Positions 13,004-14,743 of a stretch of DNA of 14,743 nucleotides are shown one piece after another (within the stretch, counting starts at the first letter, position 1; each line of letters opens with the position of its first letter). The notes under the pieces were generated by a model. The model did no database searches. It was not told where the DNA came from and saw only the letters and a list, made by a program, of their open reading frames with translations. The translations under genes and the position numbers were made by a program. This DNA is from a virus (Duplodnaviria > Heunggongvirae > Uroviricota > Caudoviricetes). The stretch lies in the IMG/VR virus record IMGVR_UViG_2834277561_000001, positions 186,688 through 201,430 of that record. One strand, given 5' to 3'.

Positions 13004-14743
13004 ATGGAGAATTCAGCAATAAATACACTTCCATTTTATAATACACCTCTTGATAGAAATAGCCCTAGGAATATGGTATTCTACGGAAGAGTATCTACTG
13101 AACACGAAGCACAACTTTCAGCTTTACAAAATCAAATACAATGGTATGACGACCAATTAAAATCACATCCCAATTGGAATCTAGTTGAACGATATATTGA
13201 CGAAGGAATTACTGGTACACAGGCAAAAAAACGTCCTGGATTCCTTAATATGATTGATGATGCGAAAAAAGGAAAATTCGATTTAATCGTAACAAGAGAA
13301 GTATGTCGTTTTGCACGAAACACAGTTGATACACTCATATACACCCGAGAATTAAAAAACAAATATAATATAGAAGTTTATTTTGTAGATGATAACATTT
13401 GGACTATGGACGGTGATGGCGAACTACGTCTTACTTTGATGGCAACATTAGCGCAGGAAGAAAGTAGAAAAACATCTGATCGAGTTAAAGCCGGGCAAAA
13501 AGTAAGTAGAGAAAACGGGGCGCTGTATGGTAATGGCAATATTTTAGGATATGATCGAGTAGGAGATACTTATATAATAAACGAAGAACAAGCAGAAACA
13601 GTTAGAATGATATATGATATGTATCTAAACAAAGGATTAGGTTCTATGAAAATTGCAAAGGAGCTTTCTATACAGAAACGAAAAAATGCCAGTGGTAATA
13701 TAAAGTGGAGTGCAGAGCGTGTTATGCGTGTACTAAAAAAATCAACGTATGCTGGTATTATTGCTTACGGTCAATCGCATAGTAATAATTATTTGGAACA
13801 AAAAAGAATTAACAACTTGAATCGTGATACATATATGTATCAAAAAATAGATATTCCCGTTATTATCCCAAAAGAAGAATGGGACAAAGTGCAAGAAATC
13901 ATCGCTAGTCGTACCCAAAAAATGGGTGATGACTTGCGTGGTAAAAAAGAAGTAAAAGAATTTTGGAGCAAAAAGCTTCTATGTAAATGTGGCAGCTCGT
14001 TTAGACGTAATAAATGGAGAACTAATAAAACAGGTGAAGAAGTGTTTGGTTATCAATGTCAACGTCAAATAAATTATGGAAGTAAACAGTTTAGAGAAAA
14101 GAACGGGCTAGATACTGAAGGATATTGTGATATCAGAATGGTTGCTGACTGGAAACTTGATATGATGGCAAAAATTATCATTGAGCAAATTTGGAAGAAC
14201 AAAGGAGAATCTATCATATTGGCGTTAAAAATGATTGCTGATAATTATGAAGAAGATGTTTCTCCTGTCAAAAAAAACAATAAAGAAATCGAACTCAAAA
14301 TAGAAAAATTACAAAATCGCATGAAAAACTTAATCGAAATGAGAGCTGATGGAGAAATTACAAAAGAGGATTTTACAGAATTTAAAAATTCCATCAATGA
14401 TCAGATATCTATCTTAAATTCTGAATTGGTTATAGAAGAAATAGAATCTGATAAACCGGAATCCATAGAAAAGAAAATTGATACTATTCGTCAAATAATA
14501 GATGAATCTATAGATTTTTCACAGCCAAAACTACCAAGATATATTATTGATCGTTTTATTTCAAAGGTCGTTGTTCTTGATAATAACAAATTTAGATGGT
14601 ATCTCACATTAGGAGATAACCCAGATGATGACATGTATATAGATGCTCAAGTAGAAGGACGAAAAAACAACAGTTCAGTGCAAATATTAAGCAGTGAAGA
14701 TAGCCTACTTACCTTCCATAGCAGCACAGGCAGCAATCGCTGA
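13004..14743 (+). CDS. Large serine recombinase / phage integrase
   Basis: YGRVST..Q catalytic motif, Y.DEG.TGT...RPGF..MI.DA..GKFD.I.T..V.RF.R resolvase domain, AQEESR..S.RV, LGYD recombinase domain, CKCG...YQC...C zinc ribbon, and a coiled-coil with G.ITKEDF. Confidence 0.95.
   Translation: MENSAINTLPFYNTPLDRNSPRNMVFYGRVSTEHEAQLSALQNQIQWYDDQLKSHPNWNLVERYIDEGITGTQAKKRPGFLNMIDDAKKGKFDLIVTREVCRFARNTVDTLIYTRELKNKYNIEVYFVDDNIWTMDGDGELRLTLMATLAQEESRKTSDRVKAGQKVSRENGALYGNGNILGYDRVGDTYIINEEQAETVRMIYDMYLNKGLGSMKIAKELSIQKRKNASGNIKWSAERVMRVLKKSTYAGIIAYGQSHSNNYLEQKRINNLNRDTYMYQKIDIPVIIPKEEWDKVQEIIASRTQKMGDDLRGKKEVKEFWSKKLLCKCGSSFRRNKWRTNKTGEEVFGYQCQRQINYGSKQFREKNGLDTEGYCDIRMVADWKLDMMAKIIIEQIWKNKGESIILALKMIADNYEEDVSPVKKNNKEIELKIEKLQNRMKNLIEMRADGEITKEDFTEFKNSINDQISILNSELVIEEIESDKPESIEKKIDTIRQIIDESIDFSQPKLPRYIIDRFISKVVVLDNNKFRWYLTLGDNPDDDMYIDAQVEGRKNNSSVQILSSEDSLLTFHSSTGSNR

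Larger units (their letters stand above)
1..14743 (+). mobile_element. Segment of a large temperate phage or prophage (nucleotide-metabolism arm ending at the integrase)
   Basis: Co-oriented, overlapping small hypothetical genes interleaved with ligA, thyA, gmk, nrdJ and dut, ending in a serine integrase. This layout is SPbeta-like and unlike a bacterial chromosome. No structural genes are in the window. Confidence 0.85.

Noticed and set aside
502-13362. All minus-strand ORFs in the track (e.g. 502-687, 3254-3523, 3824-4102, 4974-5282, 9206-9544, 10391-10705, 13132-13362) and the alternate-frame + ORFs 8247-8438 and 10714-10929
   Set aside because: They lie within or across well-supported + strand genes, lack convincing RBSs and recognisable motifs, and look like shadow ORFs.
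1-14743. tRNA, rRNA, or a cobalamin riboswitch ahead of nrdJ
   Set aside because: The intergenic gaps are too short (at most about 95 nt), and I recognised no cloverleaf or B12-box sequence. An Infernal/Rfam scan would be the definitive test.

Overview
All supported genes lie on the + strand of an AT-rich, tightly packed gene run. It looks like the DNA-metabolism arm of a large temperate phage or prophage of a low-GC Firmicute; a Lachnospiraceae/Clostridiales-like host is inferred from strong AGGAG/GGAGG RBSs, a sigma-A promoter and the HPr-like family. Gene order: a Cas4/AddB-like PD-(D/E)XK nuclease, a frameshift-split ORF, hypotheticals, NAD-dependent DNA ligase, a His-less HPr-like protein, thymidylate synthase, a 426 aa + 138 aa hypothetical pair, a guanylate-kinase-like protein, a 5'(3')-deoxyribonucleotidase, class II (B12) ribonucleotide reductase, small proteins, dUTPase, a tiny SHOCT-like ORF and a large serine recombinase. 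The main non-obvious signals are: (1) two NrdR boxes 31 bp apart, overlapping a candidate promoter in front of the ligase-to-dUTPase run, which suggests the host dNTP-sensing repressor controls the phage nucleotide operon; (2) a 23-bp inverted repeat wrapped around a near-consensus sigma-A promoter of the recombinase; (3) a coupled gene broken by a +1 frameshift at a UUU_CGA site; (4) a shared 20-aa motif linking two unrelated-looking hypothetical proteins. Many ORF-track starts were moved to downstream RBS-supported starts, and five ORFs missing from the track were added. No database searches were run, so product calls rest on motif recognition.
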